A stretch of DNA of 33,494 nt, taken from assembly GCA_963558905.1 (NCBI GenBank), contig CAUWJA010000001.1, positions 1 to 33,494 of the forward strand, read 5' to 3'. The position numbers and the translations under genes are program-made. The DNA comes from an uncultured Eggerthellaceae bacterium (GTDB lineage Bacteria; Actinomycetota; Coriobacteriia; Coriobacteriales; Eggerthellaceae). This document shows positions 1 to 9,558 of the stretch, piece by piece; within the stretch, counting starts at the first letter, position 1, and each line of letters begins with the position of its first letter. Below the pieces are notes generated by a model. It did no database searches. It worked only from the letters and a program-made list of their open reading frames with translations, and was not told the DNA's origin.

Positions 1-854
1 ATGATGTCGGAAAGCGCCAGCGAGATGGACCAGTAGGTGGTGAGCATGGCCAGAAGCGTGAAGACCGAGCCCAGGATCTGCGCCCACAGCCCGATGCCCT
101 CGGACCAGCCGATCATGGCCAACTGGGTGATCTGGGCGGAGCTGGCCAGCGAGCATGCGGCGATGACCAGGATGAACATCAGGTTCAGTCCCAGGCCGAT
201 CAGCACGGCGTTGCGGACTTTGACGGGGTCGCGGTCAAGGCCTTCGACCGCTTGGGGCACGCTGAAAAATGCGATGAACGACATCATGGCCATGCCGAAG
301 AAGGCCAGAAGCTCAGGGAAACTGCCCACGGCGTACATGATGGAGTTGTCCAGGTGGAACACGGACGCGATGCCCAGAATCGCCACGATGGCGATGATGA
401 TGTCGATGGAGATGGCTTCGCTTATGCCCAAGACCTTGAGGCCGAAGAACACGACGGCGGCTGCGATGACGTAGAAGACCAGCTTCGCGGCCAGCGGGGG
501 AAGGCCTGCGGCCTGCAGGATTTCGGCACCGCCCGCCACATATGCCGCCAGGTTGAAGATGAGCACCAGTGTGACCAGGACGAACATGCCCACGGTCAGC
601 GCCTTGCCGAAGCGGCCGCGGAACAGGTAGTGCTGGAAGATGCCCACGATCTGGGTGCCTTTTCCGGTTCCCATGGTGAGCTCGGCGAGCATCATGTGCA
701 TGCAGTAGCTGAAGAAGAACGCGAGCAGGAGGATCGCGAGCGCCGAAACGGTGCCTGCGCGCGTGATCAGGTACGGGAGGGTCATGATGCCGCTGCCCAC
801 GCCGTAACCGGTGATGATGCAGGCGGCCTGCCAGATGGTGAGTTTCTTATCCAT
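1..854 (-). CDS. Amino acid permease (aromatic/HAAAP-like, APC fold); 3' end runs off the window
   Basis: Not in the ORF track; translated by hand from ATG 854: MDKKLTIWQAACIITGYGVGSGIMTLPYLI... GxGVGSGIMTLP is a TM1 signature, followed by many hydrophobic helices. GAAAG RBS upstream; frame open to base 1. Confidence 0.8.
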   Translation of the reverse strand, partial: MDKKLTIWQAACIITGYGVGSGIMTLPYLITRAGTVSALAILLLAFFFSYCMHMMLAELTMGTGKGTQIVGIFQHYLFRGRFGKALTVGMFVLVTLVLIFNLAAYVAGGAEILQAAGLPPLAAKLVFYVIAAAVVFFGLKVLGISEAISIDIIIAIVAILGIASVFHLDNSIMYAVGSFPELLAFFGMAMMSFIAFFSVPQAVEGLDRDPVKVRNAVLIGLGLNLMFILVIAACSLASSAQITQLAMIGWSEGIGLWAQILGSVFTLLAMLTTYWSISLALSDI

Positions 855-1016
855 CGTCTGCTTTCTGTCGTATCTGACCGTATCGGGGGTTCAAAGCGCT
901 TCCGGCGGTGCGGATGCGAAGCCGCATGCGTCCGAGCGCGCACGGAGAGCCATGATACACCACCTTACGCATCTTCGCGTGATGCGGGCTTTCCGCTCCG
1001 GCCCGGCCCGCCCGCC

Positions 1017-1135
1017 CAGGCGGCGCTCCGGGCCAGCCCGTTCGGTCAGGCGGCGCTTCGGGCTAGGTCCGCCCGCCCGGCCAGGCGGCGCTTCGGGCTA
1101 GGTCCGCCCGCCCGGCCAGGCGGCGCTTCGGGTTA
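1017..1135. repeat. GC-rich tandem repeat, 35-bp unit
   Basis: caggcggcgcttcgggctaggtccgcccgcccggc at 1047 and 1082, partial copy at 1117, degenerate 30-bp copy at 1017. Confidence 0.9.
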
Positions 1136-1954
1136 GGCCAGCACGCCCACCTGCTCCAGGATGACTTTGGCGAAAAGCAGGACGAGAACCGCGATGATGA
1201 TGGGCCGGATGATACGGGTTCCGTCCTTCATGACGCGGCCGGCGCCCAGATAGCTTCCCAGCGTCTGGAACACCGCGGCGATCAGTCCGAGCTCGATCAT
1301 GACGGCGCCGTTGACGGCGAACATGGCGAGGGCGGCGATGTTGCTGGAAAGATTCGCAACCTTCATTTCGCCCGACGCCTCTTTGACGGACATGCGCGCG
1401 ACAGCGGTGAACGCCAGCAGCATGAAGGTGCCGGTTCCCGGTCCGTAGAAGCCGTCGTAGCCGCCCAGGAGGAAGGAGAAGGCCACGACAATGGCCATCC
1501 GCCGCGCCAAGGGCATGGATTCGTCGGTTTCGTCGCGCAGCGCGCGTTTGCGCAATACGAAAACGGCGGCGACGGGCAGCGCCACGATGAGCAGCATGCG
1601 GAAGACGTCTTCGGGGGCGATGAGCGCCAGCCGGGCGCCTATCAGCGAGCCTGCGATGGCGGCAAGCCCCGCGGGCAGCGCCTCGCGGAAGCTCACGTAT
1701 CCGCCGCGCCATAGGCGAAACGTCGCGGTTGCGGTGCCGATGGCGGATGCCAGCTTGTTGGTGCCGACGGCGTTCACCGGCGGGATGCCTGCGAGCAGGT
1801 ATGCCGGCAGCGATATGAGTCCGCCGCCTCCGGCGATGGCGTCCACGAAGCCTGCCAGAAACACCAAGGGGCAGATGATCAGAAGGGCCGAAAGGTCGAA
1901 CGGCAGGGCGGGAAGGCCGAAGGACAGGGCCGAAAAGTCGAAGAGGGTCTCCAT
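1133..1954 (-). CDS. TSUP (TauE/SafE, YfcA-like) transporter
   Basis: AGFVDAIAGGGGLISLPA, AVGTNK and GGYDGFYGPGTGTF motifs. Confidence 0.9.
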   Translation of the reverse strand: METLFDFSALSFGLPALPFDLSALLIICPLVFLAGFVDAIAGGGGLISLPAYLLAGIPPVNAVGTNKLASAIGTATATFRLWRGGYVSFREALPAGLAAIAGSLIGARLALIAPEDVFRMLLIVALPVAAVFVLRKRALRDETDESMPLARRMAIVVAFSFLLGGYDGFYGPGTGTFMLLAFTAVARMSVKEASGEMKVANLSSNIAALAMFAVNGAVMIELGLIAAVFQTLGSYLGAGRVMKDGTRIIRPIIIAVLVLLFAKVILEQVGVLA

Positions 1955-2109
1955 AAAGCGGTTTGTTCTTCCTGTACGAATGATATCGGGAGCAGAACCA
2001 TCGGATTATAATACGTTGCGTTAATGGGGCTGCAGCGGTTCGGGAATAGACCGCATGCGGCGGCAAGTCGGCCGTTCGCCGGCATGCGAACAGGCGAAAT
2101 GGTGGTTGA

Positions 2110-2877
2110 ATGGTCGAAACGAAGACGGCGGAGAACGCGCTTGCGCGGCGCCGGTTGAAAAAGCTCGGGGTTATCGGCGGCTTGGGGCCGGCGGCTTCGG
2201 CGCATTTCTATCGCAGGGTCACCGAACTCACCGACGCTGCCACCGACCAGGAGCATCTGGAAATAGCTTTGCTGTCCGTTCCCCAGACGCCCGATCGCAC
2301 GGCGTTTCTGTCGGGCGCTTCGGACGTGTCGTTCGTGCCGGGGCTCAATGCTGCCGCGCATCAGCTTGAATCGCTCGGCTGCGAAGTGCTGTGCATCACC
2401 TGCGTGACGGCGCATTCCCTGTTCGACCAGGTCTTCGGCGGGCTGACCGCGGCGCGCGCCCTGCATATGCCCAGGGAGGCGGCTCACTCGGTCCGTGCTG
2501 CAGGATGCTCGAAAGTGGGGATCATGGCCACGGACGGAACTGCGCGCACGGGTGTTCTGCAGAAGGCCGTTGAGGCGGAGGGCCTCGAAGTCCAGCTGCC
2601 CGACCGGCGCCATCAGGATCTGGTCATGAGCCTCATCTACGATGACGTGAAGATGGGCAGGGAACCCGAAATGGATAAGTTCGAAGCCGTCTGCTCCCAT
2701 CTGCGCGAACAAGGCTGCGACGGCGTCATTTTGGGCTGCACCGAGCTGTCGCTGATAGACACGCCGGCAAGCTTCGAGGGCATGGTCGTCGTGGATGCCA
2801 TGGAAGCGCTGGCAGCCTGCGCCGTGCGCGCCTGCGGGGCGAAGGTGCGGGAAGAATACGTGAACCGCGCATTCTGA
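2110..2877 (+). CDS. PLP-independent aspartate/amino acid racemase (RacX/YgeA family)
   Basis: LGVIGGLGPAAS, PDRTAFL, CVTAH and ILGCTELS with both catalytic Cys. TATAAT near 2006. Confidence 0.9.
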   Translation: MVETKTAENALARRRLKKLGVIGGLGPAASAHFYRRVTELTDAATDQEHLEIALLSVPQTPDRTAFLSGASDVSFVPGLNAAAHQLESLGCEVLCITCVTAHSLFDQVFGGLTAARALHMPREAAHSVRAAGCSKVGIMATDGTARTGVLQKAVEAEGLEVQLPDRRHQDLVMSLIYDDVKMGREPEMDKFEAVCSHLREQGCDGVILGCTELSLIDTPASFEGMVVVDAMEALAACAVRACGAKVREEYVNRAF

Positions 2878-2936
2878 CGCGGTTTCCGCCCTTTCGCCGC
2901 AGGGCCGAGGGATCAATCATTTCAGGAGGAACCACC

Positions 2937-4322
2937 ATGCAAGGCAGGTCCTTGATTGCATTGCTGTGCGTCATGTACGGCGGGGCGTTTCTGGGCGGGT
3001 TCAACGAAAACCTGGTCAATATGGCCCTTGTGAGCGTGATGGCGGAATTCGCCGTCGATTCCGTCACCGCCCAGTGGCTGGTCACGGGGTACATGATTGT
3101 GGCGACCGTCGGCGTGACATGCATGGCGTTCTTCTGCCGGCGCGTCAAGCTGCGCACGTTGTTCTTCGCCGCATCGGTTGCGAATCTGGCGGGGTCGGCC
3201 ATGGGGCTTCTCGCCCCGTCTTTCGAGATGCTTCTCGTCGCCCGTCTCATACAGGCGGTTGGCACGGGCATCTTCATCCCCATGATGATGAACACGGTGC
3301 TGGCGGTCACGCCGAAGCGCAAGCTGGGCACCTACATGGCCATCGGCAGCTGCATCATCTCGTGCTCACCGGCGTTTTCGCCTGTGATCTGCGGAGCCAT
3401 CGTGACGGCATTCGGATGGCGCTACATCTTCCTGGTCCCCATCGCCGTCTCCGTCGTGCTGCTGGCTGCCGGTGCGGCCTTTGTGCGCAATCTGGGCAAC
3501 AGCGAGGCGCATCTCGATGTGCCTTCGGTTGCCATTTCCGCCGTGATGCTGACCTGCCTGTCGTTCGGCCTGGCTGAGCTTGCGATCGTGCCTGTCGCTG
3601 CCGGAATCTCGCTGGCGGTTGCCGTGGCGGGTGCGGCGGCGTTCATCGTCCGCCAGCTGCGCTGCGAGCATCCGCTCATAGATCTGACGCCTGCGCGCCG
3701 TCCGGTGTTCTGGCCGACCCTGCTGCTGGTCACGGTCACCATGATGAGCACGTTCTCCATGAGCGTGGTGCTGCCCATGTACCTGGAAGGCGCGCTGGGG
3801 CTTTCCGCGGCTGCGGCCGGCATGGTGATCCTGGTCCCCGTCCTGGTCAACGTGCTTGTCACGCTCGTGGGCGGACGCGTATTGGACAAGCGGGGCGAAT
3901 GGCCGCTTCTGCCTGTGGGGTTCGGCCTGATTGCCGTCGGCTTCGCGTTTACGGCGGCTGTGGCGCCGGCCATGTCGGTGGCGGCGGCGTTCGCGGGTGC
4001 GATTCTGGTGTACGGCGGCGTCGGCCTGGTGTTCTCGCCTTCGCAGACGGCCGGTCTGCGCCAGCTGCCCGCCGAAGAGCATCCTTTCGGCGTAGCGCTG
4101 TCGACTACGGCGGTTCAGGTTGCGGCGTGCATCGGTCCTTCGCTGTTCACGGGCGTGATGCAGGCCCGTCAGGCGGTGCAGGTTGCGGTCGGAGTGCTGC
4201 CGGAGGCCGCGGCCGCCCAAGGTTTTGCCGCCGCAATGGCCATAGCGGCATGCATCGGCGTTGCTGGATTCGCCGTGGCGACGGTGTATGCGTGGAAGGC
4301 CCGTTGCCGGGCGAAGGCCTGA
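2937..4322 (+). CDS. MFS efflux transporter, DHA2/LmrB-like
   Basis: AQWLVTGYM, LLVARLIQAVGTG, FGWRYIF; about 14 TMs; AGGAGG RBS. Confidence 0.9.
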   Translation: MQGRSLIALLCVMYGGAFLGGFNENLVNMALVSVMAEFAVDSVTAQWLVTGYMIVATVGVTCMAFFCRRVKLRTLFFAASVANLAGSAMGLLAPSFEMLLVARLIQAVGTGIFIPMMMNTVLAVTPKRKLGTYMAIGSCIISCSPAFSPVICGAIVTAFGWRYIFLVPIAVSVVLLAAGAAFVRNLGNSEAHLDVPSVAISAVMLTCLSFGLAELAIVPVAAGISLAVAVAGAAAFIVRQLRCEHPLIDLTPARRPVFWPTLLLVTVTMMSTFSMSVVLPMYLEGALGLSAAAAGMVILVPVLVNVLVTLVGGRVLDKRGEWPLLPVGFGLIAVGFAFTAAVAPAMSVAAAFAGAILVYGGVGLVFSPSQTAGLRQLPAEEHPFGVALSTTAVQVAACIGPSLFTGVMQARQAVQVAVGVLPEAAAAQGFAAAMAIAACIGVAGFAVATVYAWKARCRAKA

Positions 4323-4354
4323 CCGGCAAGGCCGGCATTCGGCGGCGAGGGCTA

Positions 4355-5164
4355 TCAGCGCCCGTCTTCGGTTTCGCGGATGCCCTGGTCAAGATAGTAG
4401 CCGGTATCGGAGAAGCGCTTGCGGTAGATGAGGAAGCATGCCAGCATGATGGCCACGGTGTTGGCTGCCGTGATGGCCATCAGGATGACGATCTGGTATT
4501 TTGCGGCACCCAGCGGATCGGCTCCTGCGAGGATCTGGCCCGTCATCATGCCGGGGATGCTCACGATGCCCGCTGCGCTCATGGTGGCCAAAGTGGGCGT
4601 CATGCCTGCGGCTATGCTTGCCTTGATGCTGGGGAAGGCGGCTTCGAAGGGAGTGGCGCCCAGCGCTATCAGGCTGAACATCTCGTCTTCGCGTGCGTCC
4701 ATGCCGGAGAACAGACGATCTGCCGCCACGGCTATGCTGCTTATGGCGTTGCCGATCACCATGCCTGCGATGGGGATGAGCTCGCGGGCGTTGTACCAGG
4801 GGTCGACATGGATGACGGCCTGCGTGATGAGAGCGACTGCGGCCAGGGACGAAAGCGCGATGCTGGCGAACACGGGTGCGGCAAGGCCGGAAACCGAGCT
4901 TTTGACACGCTCCAGCGCGATCTGGGTGGCTGCAGCCACCATGCAGATCAGCACTATGGCCACGAGCCACCAGGTTTGCAGCTCGAAAAGGTACGCCAGA
5001 AGGAAGCCGCAGGCCAGAAGCTGCAGGAAGCATCTCAGCGTCGATACGGCTATGCGCCGTTGCTGGCCCAGCTCGAGCTTCCAGGAAATGAGCGCGGCAA
5101 CAACCATGAATGCGGTGGCGCAGACCAGTTCGATCCATCCTATCTCAACAACGCCGCTATCCAC
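4355..5164 (-). CDS. fetB: ABC permease, FetB/YbbM (UPF0014) family
   Basis: R..LQLLACGFLL, IPIAGMVIGN, GIVSIPGMMTGQILAGADP..A.KYQI. Confidence 0.85.
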   Translation of the reverse strand: MDSGVVEIGWIELVCATAFMVVAALISWKLELGQQRRIAVSTLRCFLQLLACGFLLAYLFELQTWWLVAIVLICMVAAATQIALERVKSSVSGLAAPVFASIALSSLAAVALITQAVIHVDPWYNARELIPIAGMVIGNAISSIAVAADRLFSGMDAREDEMFSLIALGATPFEAAFPSIKASIAAGMTPTLATMSAAGIVSIPGMMTGQILAGADPLGAAKYQIVILMAITAANTVAIMLACFLIYRKRFSDTGYYLDQGIRETEDGR

Positions 5165-5891
5165 GATGCGCCTCCTGCTGCCCTTGAGAAACCGCGCTGC
5201 CCGCCGATCCGGGCTTTCCTGCGGTCGCTGCGGATTCGGATAGCCGTCCGTCCGCCATGTGCAGGGTGCGCGACGCCAGCCCGTCAGGCCCCCTATGGCG
5301 GATGCGCAGACAGGCGGTGCCGCGGTTTGCGGCTGCCTGCGTGATGCGGCTTACGGCGGCGGAGGATTCGCTGTCCAAGGCGGCATCGACTTCGTCCATC
5401 AGCAGCACGTCGGGCCCGGTCAGAAAAGCTCTCAGCAACGCGACGCGTGCGGCCTGCCCGCCTGAAAGCCGGTTTGCCTCCCGGTTGAGCGGAACATCGT
5501 CGAGCAGCGCCTCGTCCATGGAATGCCGCAGATCGGCATCGCTTGGCATGGGGCTGTTCTTGCGCACGGCGAGCTTCCAAGGCAGCAGCAGGTTATCCCG
5601 CACGGAGCCCGGGACAAGGGAGGCCTTCTGCGGAATGAGACAGACGCAGGCGCGCCACCGCGCGGGCTCGAAGTCCGTGTGCGGGCGGCCGCGCAACGCA
5701 AGGGCGCCTTCCGAATGCGGCAGCATGAGGGCGCAGGCGCGCAGCAGGGTGCTCTTCCCGCAGCCGGACACGCCGGCAAGGTCGACGATGCTTCCCTCGT
5801 CCAGATCGAAACCGACATGATCGACGATGCGCGAGGTGAGCCCGTCGCGCATCATGTCGACCGAAAGTCCGGATACGGCGAATAGGCTCAT
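5157..5891 (-). CDS. ABC ATP-binding protein, FetA/YbbL-like
   Basis: Walker A GVSGCGKST, LSGGQ signature, VLLMDE Walker B; overlaps the fetB start. Confidence 0.85.
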   Translation of the reverse strand: MSLFAVSGLSVDMMRDGLTSRIVDHVGFDLDEGSIVDLAGVSGCGKSTLLRACALMLPHSEGALALRGRPHTDFEPARWRACVCLIPQKASLVPGSVRDNLLLPWKLAVRKNSPMPSDADLRHSMDEALLDDVPLNREANRLSGGQAARVALLRAFLTGPDVLLMDEVDAALDSESSAAVSRITQAAANRGTACLRIRHRGPDGLASRTLHMADGRLSESAATAGKPGSAGSAVSQGQQEAHRG

Positions 5892-6742
5892 CGGTCCCTC
5901 GATTCCGCGTCGTTTCCGTCAGCGTGCGTCCGCTCGGGTGCGCCGTGCGCGCTGCGCGCCTCGTCGACATCGGAGCGCAGCCTGATGCGGTGCGCGGTCT
6001 TCTCCCGGTGCGGATGGGCGGTCACATGCACTTCGTCTTTCGCGATGCTCGCCACCTTCTTGACGGGGGCGGCCGCAACTTTCGCCACCTTCTTGACGGG
6101 CTCGATGACCTTGTCGCTGTAATCTTCGGGGGCATGCGTGCGCCAGCCGAAGAATTCGCTTGCGTAGCGGAGGGCGAATACGAGCACGACGCAGGTGATG
6201 GCGGCGTAATCACCCAGGAAGTCGCTTTGCTTCATGAGGGCGAATGCCGTGCATCCGAAGAGCGCCGCCGTGCCGTAGAGCGTGCCGGACTGGAATGCCG
6301 CCGGGCGCTGCGCCATGAGCACATCGCGCAGTATGCCGCCGCCGACTGAGCAGATGGTGCCCAAGATGACGGACGGGATGATGCCCAGCCCTGCGCTGAG
6401 GCCCTTGCCCACGGAGACCACGCCCCACAGGCCGACCGACAGGTTGTCCATGAAGTCGACCACCCAGTCGAACATGGTGGCGATCTTATGGAAGTAGAAG
6501 ACGAACATGCCGGCAACAGCGCACGCCAGAATGAGCACAGGGTGTTGGAATGCGTATATGCCGAAGTCTTGCAGCAGGACGTCTCGCACGATACCGCCGC
6601 CCAGTCCTGCGATGATGGCTATGACCACGGTGCCGAAGATGTCGTATTTCGCCCGGACGGCCGTCATGCCCCCGGCAAGTCCGCCGGTGAGCGCGCCGGC
6701 CATTTCGTACCAGAAGGGAATCGCCAGCACGCTTTCCAGCAT
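5888..6742 (-). CDS. TRIC / UPF0126 (YicG/YadS-like) membrane protein
   Basis: Two-fold internal repeat GLGGGIVRDVLL / VGGGILRDVLM; charged C-terminal tail. Confidence 0.88.
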   Translation of the reverse strand: MLESVLAIPFWYEMAGALTGGLAGGMTAVRAKYDIFGTVVIAIIAGLGGGIVRDVLLQDFGIYAFQHPVLILACAVAGMFVFYFHKIATMFDWVVDFMDNLSVGLWGVVSVGKGLSAGLGIIPSVILGTICSVGGGILRDVLMAQRPAAFQSGTLYGTAALFGCTAFALMKQSDFLGDYAAITCVVLVFALRYASEFFGWRTHAPEDYSDKVIEPVKKVAKVAAAPVKKVASIAKDEVHVTAHPHREKTAHRIRLRSDVDEARSAHGAPERTHADGNDAESRDR

Positions 6743-6745
6743 GGC

Positions 6746-7771
6746 TTAGCTTTCGTCAGATGGGCGTGCGGGCGCCTCGGTTGCGCCGCTGACCGCATCG
6801 GCGGAGGCTTCGGCGGCTTCGCGTTTGACGTCTTCGAGCGGTTTGCCGGAGAAGTTCAGGCTGTGCGTGATGCGGCGTGCGTCCTTTTTGGTGAAGGAGT
6901 CCGCCGAAAACGCCGCGATGGCCGCCATGGCGTCATCCTGGGCGCTCAGGTAGATGTCCCAGAATCCCTTCGTGCTGACTTCATGGGTGAAGGGGTTTTC
7001 CCATGGTTCGTTGCCATGGTTGCCGAATGCGCTTTGCTCGATGGCCTGCCCGCGGTGCGACATGGAGCGGTAGAACGAGAACGGCCGCTTCAAGATGCCC
7101 GTTTCGATGCGGGTCGCAACGCTGCGCAGGCGTCCAGTAGGGGAGTAGAACAGCCCTTGGATCGAGCGGAAGTCCTTGACGGCGGCTTTGAACAGGTCTG
7201 ACGGCGGGAACATGCCGAAAGCTTTCATGCCCACGTACGCGTAGAGCTTGCCGATGATGTCCAGCACCTCGTCGGAGCCGTGCAGAACCTCGACGGCCGG
7301 GCGGTACGTCGAAATGGTCTCCCCGGTTTTGGCGAACAGGACCATCTCGTCGAATTCGCGCTCGATCTCTGCATGCACTTCGCTTTCGGAACCGCTGTCC
7401 AGCCCTTCGACGCCGGCGTTGCAGATGGCGAATTGCTGGGAGTAGACCAAGGGATGCATGGCGCGGTCCAGCGAATAGTGGCACAGGAAGCCGAATGCAT
7501 AGGCGCGGCCTATGGGACGCTCATCCTCATCGAGCAGGTCGATGGCTTCGCGCAGGGCGCAGATCAGCTTGTTGGTCTTTTCGTTATGCATGATGCTGCC
7601 CAGATGGAAAAACGGCTTCATGCGGTATGTGAGCACCACGTAGAACAGCGGGTCGGGGCCCTGGTTTCCCAGAAGGAACGCATCGCGTTCTTCCTCGGTC
7701 GGGCCGACGAGGGTCCCCAACTGCGGATAAACGTCTTTGCCGAAGAAATCGTGAGTCATGATGGCCGGCAT
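6746..7771 (-). CDS. Zinc-dependent phospholipase C family protein (no signal peptide)
   Basis: MPAIMTH N-terminus, LGNQGPDPLFY, GFLCHYSLDRAMHP, HAEIE; GAAAGGAGG RBS. Confidence 0.8.
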   Translation of the reverse strand: MPAIMTHDFFGKDVYPQLGTLVGPTEEERDAFLLGNQGPDPLFYVVLTYRMKPFFHLGSIMHNEKTNKLICALREAIDLLDEDERPIGRAYAFGFLCHYSLDRAMHPLVYSQQFAICNAGVEGLDSGSESEVHAEIEREFDEMVLFAKTGETISTYRPAVEVLHGSDEVLDIIGKLYAYVGMKAFGMFPPSDLFKAAVKDFRSIQGLFYSPTGRLRSVATRIETGILKRPFSFYRSMSHRGQAIEQSAFGNHGNEPWENPFTHEVSTKGFWDIYLSAQDDAMAAIAAFSADSFTKKDARRITHSLNFSGKPLEDVKREAAEASADAVSGATEAPARPSDES

Positions 7772-8029
7772 GGCGGCCTCCTTTCTCCCATGGGAGATGA
7801 TGCGGTGCGGGGTCTGCGGCCGGCGCTTTACATCGATTTGACGAACTCGCCGTCCGGATTCCGTTTCGTTACGCCGCTCATGATATACAATTGCTTCCGT
7901 GTTTACCCATGTCTCCGGAAAGATTTGGGTGTTCCGTTACATAAGGGTTGAAAACGGCCGCACCGCATGCCGGTGTGTTTGCCATGCTTGGGCGGCAGGG
8001 AGCCGTGACCGATTGAGAGAAGGTGTTAG

Positions 8030-9259
8030 ATGGCTCGTCTCAAGATGACGAAGCGAGAGAAGAGCTGGGTCATGTACGATGTGGGCAATTCCGCATTCGT
8101 GCTTCTGTCCACAGCCCTCATCCCTGTGTATTTCAGCTCCATCGCCGAAGGAAGCGTTGTCGTTGCGTGGGGTTATGCAGAGACCATCGCTTCGTTGGTG
8201 GTGGCGCTGCTCATGCCCATCCTGGGATCGCTCGCCGACCTGCAGCATATGAAGAAGAAGTTCCTCATCGGTTTCGTGGGCACGGGCGCGGTGTTCTGCT
8301 GCGCGCTGGGTCTGCCTTCGCAGGCATGGATTTTCCTCGCGCTGTACGTGGTGGCTTCGATTTCCCTCAATTCGTCCATGGTATTCTACGATGCGCTGCT
8401 CATCGATGCCACGGATAGTGACGATCGCCTCGATGAGATCTCCAGCCAGGGATACGCCTGGGGCTATATCGGCAGCTGCGTGCCGTTCATCGCATGTCTG
8501 GCCATCGTGCTGGGCGGTGGCGCCATCGGCATCGATATGATGACCGGCATGAAGATCGCCTTCGTCATCACCGCCGTGTGGTGGGTGCTGTTCACCATCC
8601 CCCTGGTGCGCAACGTCCATCAGCTGCATTTCAAGGAGCGCGTTCCCCATCAGCTGTCTGCCACCATGCATGGCTTGCTGGGCACGCTCAAGCGCATGTG
8701 GGCCGACAAGTCGCTGCGTTTCTTCATGCTGGCGTTTTTCTTCTACATCGACGGCGTGCATACCATCATCAAGCTGTCCACCAGCTATGGCGCCGATCTG
8801 GGCATCGATGCCACGCAGATGGTGCTGGCGCTGCTGGTCACGCAGTTCGTGGCGTTCCCGTCTGCCATCATCTACGGCCGCCTGGGCCATAAGGTAGGCA
8901 CGAAGAAGATGCTGCTCGTGGGCATTGCCGCATACGGCTTCATCACCATTTTCGGCGCCTTCTTCCTCAAGAGCGCATTCGAGTTCTGGATCCTTGCCAT
9001 CATGGTGGGCTTGTTCCAGGGCGGCATCCAGGCGCTTTCGCGCAGCGAGTTCGGCAAACTCATTCCCAAGGAGCACGCCAACGAGTACTTCGGCTTCTTC
9101 GACATCTTTGGCAAGTACGCCGCCGTCATGGGCACGTTCCTGGTCAGCTTCATCACCCAGATCACGGGATTCGCGAACCTGGGCGTGCTGTCCATCGGCA
9201 TTCTGTTCGTGGTGGGTTTCGTGCTGATGTGGAAGGTTCCCGAGCGCAAAGACGCCTAG
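8030..9259 (+). CDS. MFS transporter, UMF1/ATG22 (YxiO-like)
   Basis: SWVMYDVGNSAF, ISSQGYAWGYIG, GGIQALSRS, EYFGFFDIFGK. Confidence 0.9.
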   Translation: MARLKMTKREKSWVMYDVGNSAFVLLSTALIPVYFSSIAEGSVVVAWGYAETIASLVVALLMPILGSLADLQHMKKKFLIGFVGTGAVFCCALGLPSQAWIFLALYVVASISLNSSMVFYDALLIDATDSDDRLDEISSQGYAWGYIGSCVPFIACLAIVLGGGAIGIDMMTGMKIAFVITAVWWVLFTIPLVRNVHQLHFKERVPHQLSATMHGLLGTLKRMWADKSLRFFMLAFFFYIDGVHTIIKLSTSYGADLGIDATQMVLALLVTQFVAFPSAIIYGRLGHKVGTKKMLLVGIAAYGFITIFGAFFLKSAFEFWILAIMVGLFQGGIQALSRSEFGKLIPKEHANEYFGFFDIFGKYAAVMGTFLVSFITQITGFANLGVLSIGILFVVGFVLMWKVPERKDA

Positions 9260-9348
9260 TTTCGCGCAGGGCGTTCGGCTTCGCATGGCGGTGCCCGGCT
9301 TCGCGCAAGGGTGCGCAGGTCCGGCATCGCGACATCATCGTTGCTTCG

Positions 9349-9395
9349 GCTCCGCTTCCGTCCGTCCTCCGGGACGACGGGGGCGGGGCCTTTTC
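9349..9395 (+). terminator. Probable intrinsic terminator
   Basis: GC-rich stem gctccgcttccgtccgtcc/ggacgacgggggcggggc followed by ctttt. Confidence 0.55.
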
Positions 9396-9558
9396 GTATT
9401 TCCGGCTGCGGCGAGGGTGCGCCAGGTTTCAGCGGCGTTACATCGGATTGCGGCAACGTGACGCCAGTTTTACAGAATGGCAGCGTCTTGCGGACGCGCT
9501 GGCCTGCGGGTGTAGGATGCTGCCGTAAATAGAATCCGCGCCGAAGAAAGGGATCACC

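Noticed and set aside
855-960. Leader peptide or attenuator before the amino acid permease
   Set aside because: The upstream ATG has no SD sequence or cognate codon run, and no U-tailed terminator is present.
1017-1135. Possible CRISPR array (35-bp repeats)
   Set aside because: Units are directly adjacent with no unique spacers, and there are no cas genes.
6049-6100. 19-bp direct repeat (PVKKVA twice) in the TRIC tail
   Set aside because: Small in-frame duplication in a low-complexity tail, with no sign of a target-site duplication or mobile element.
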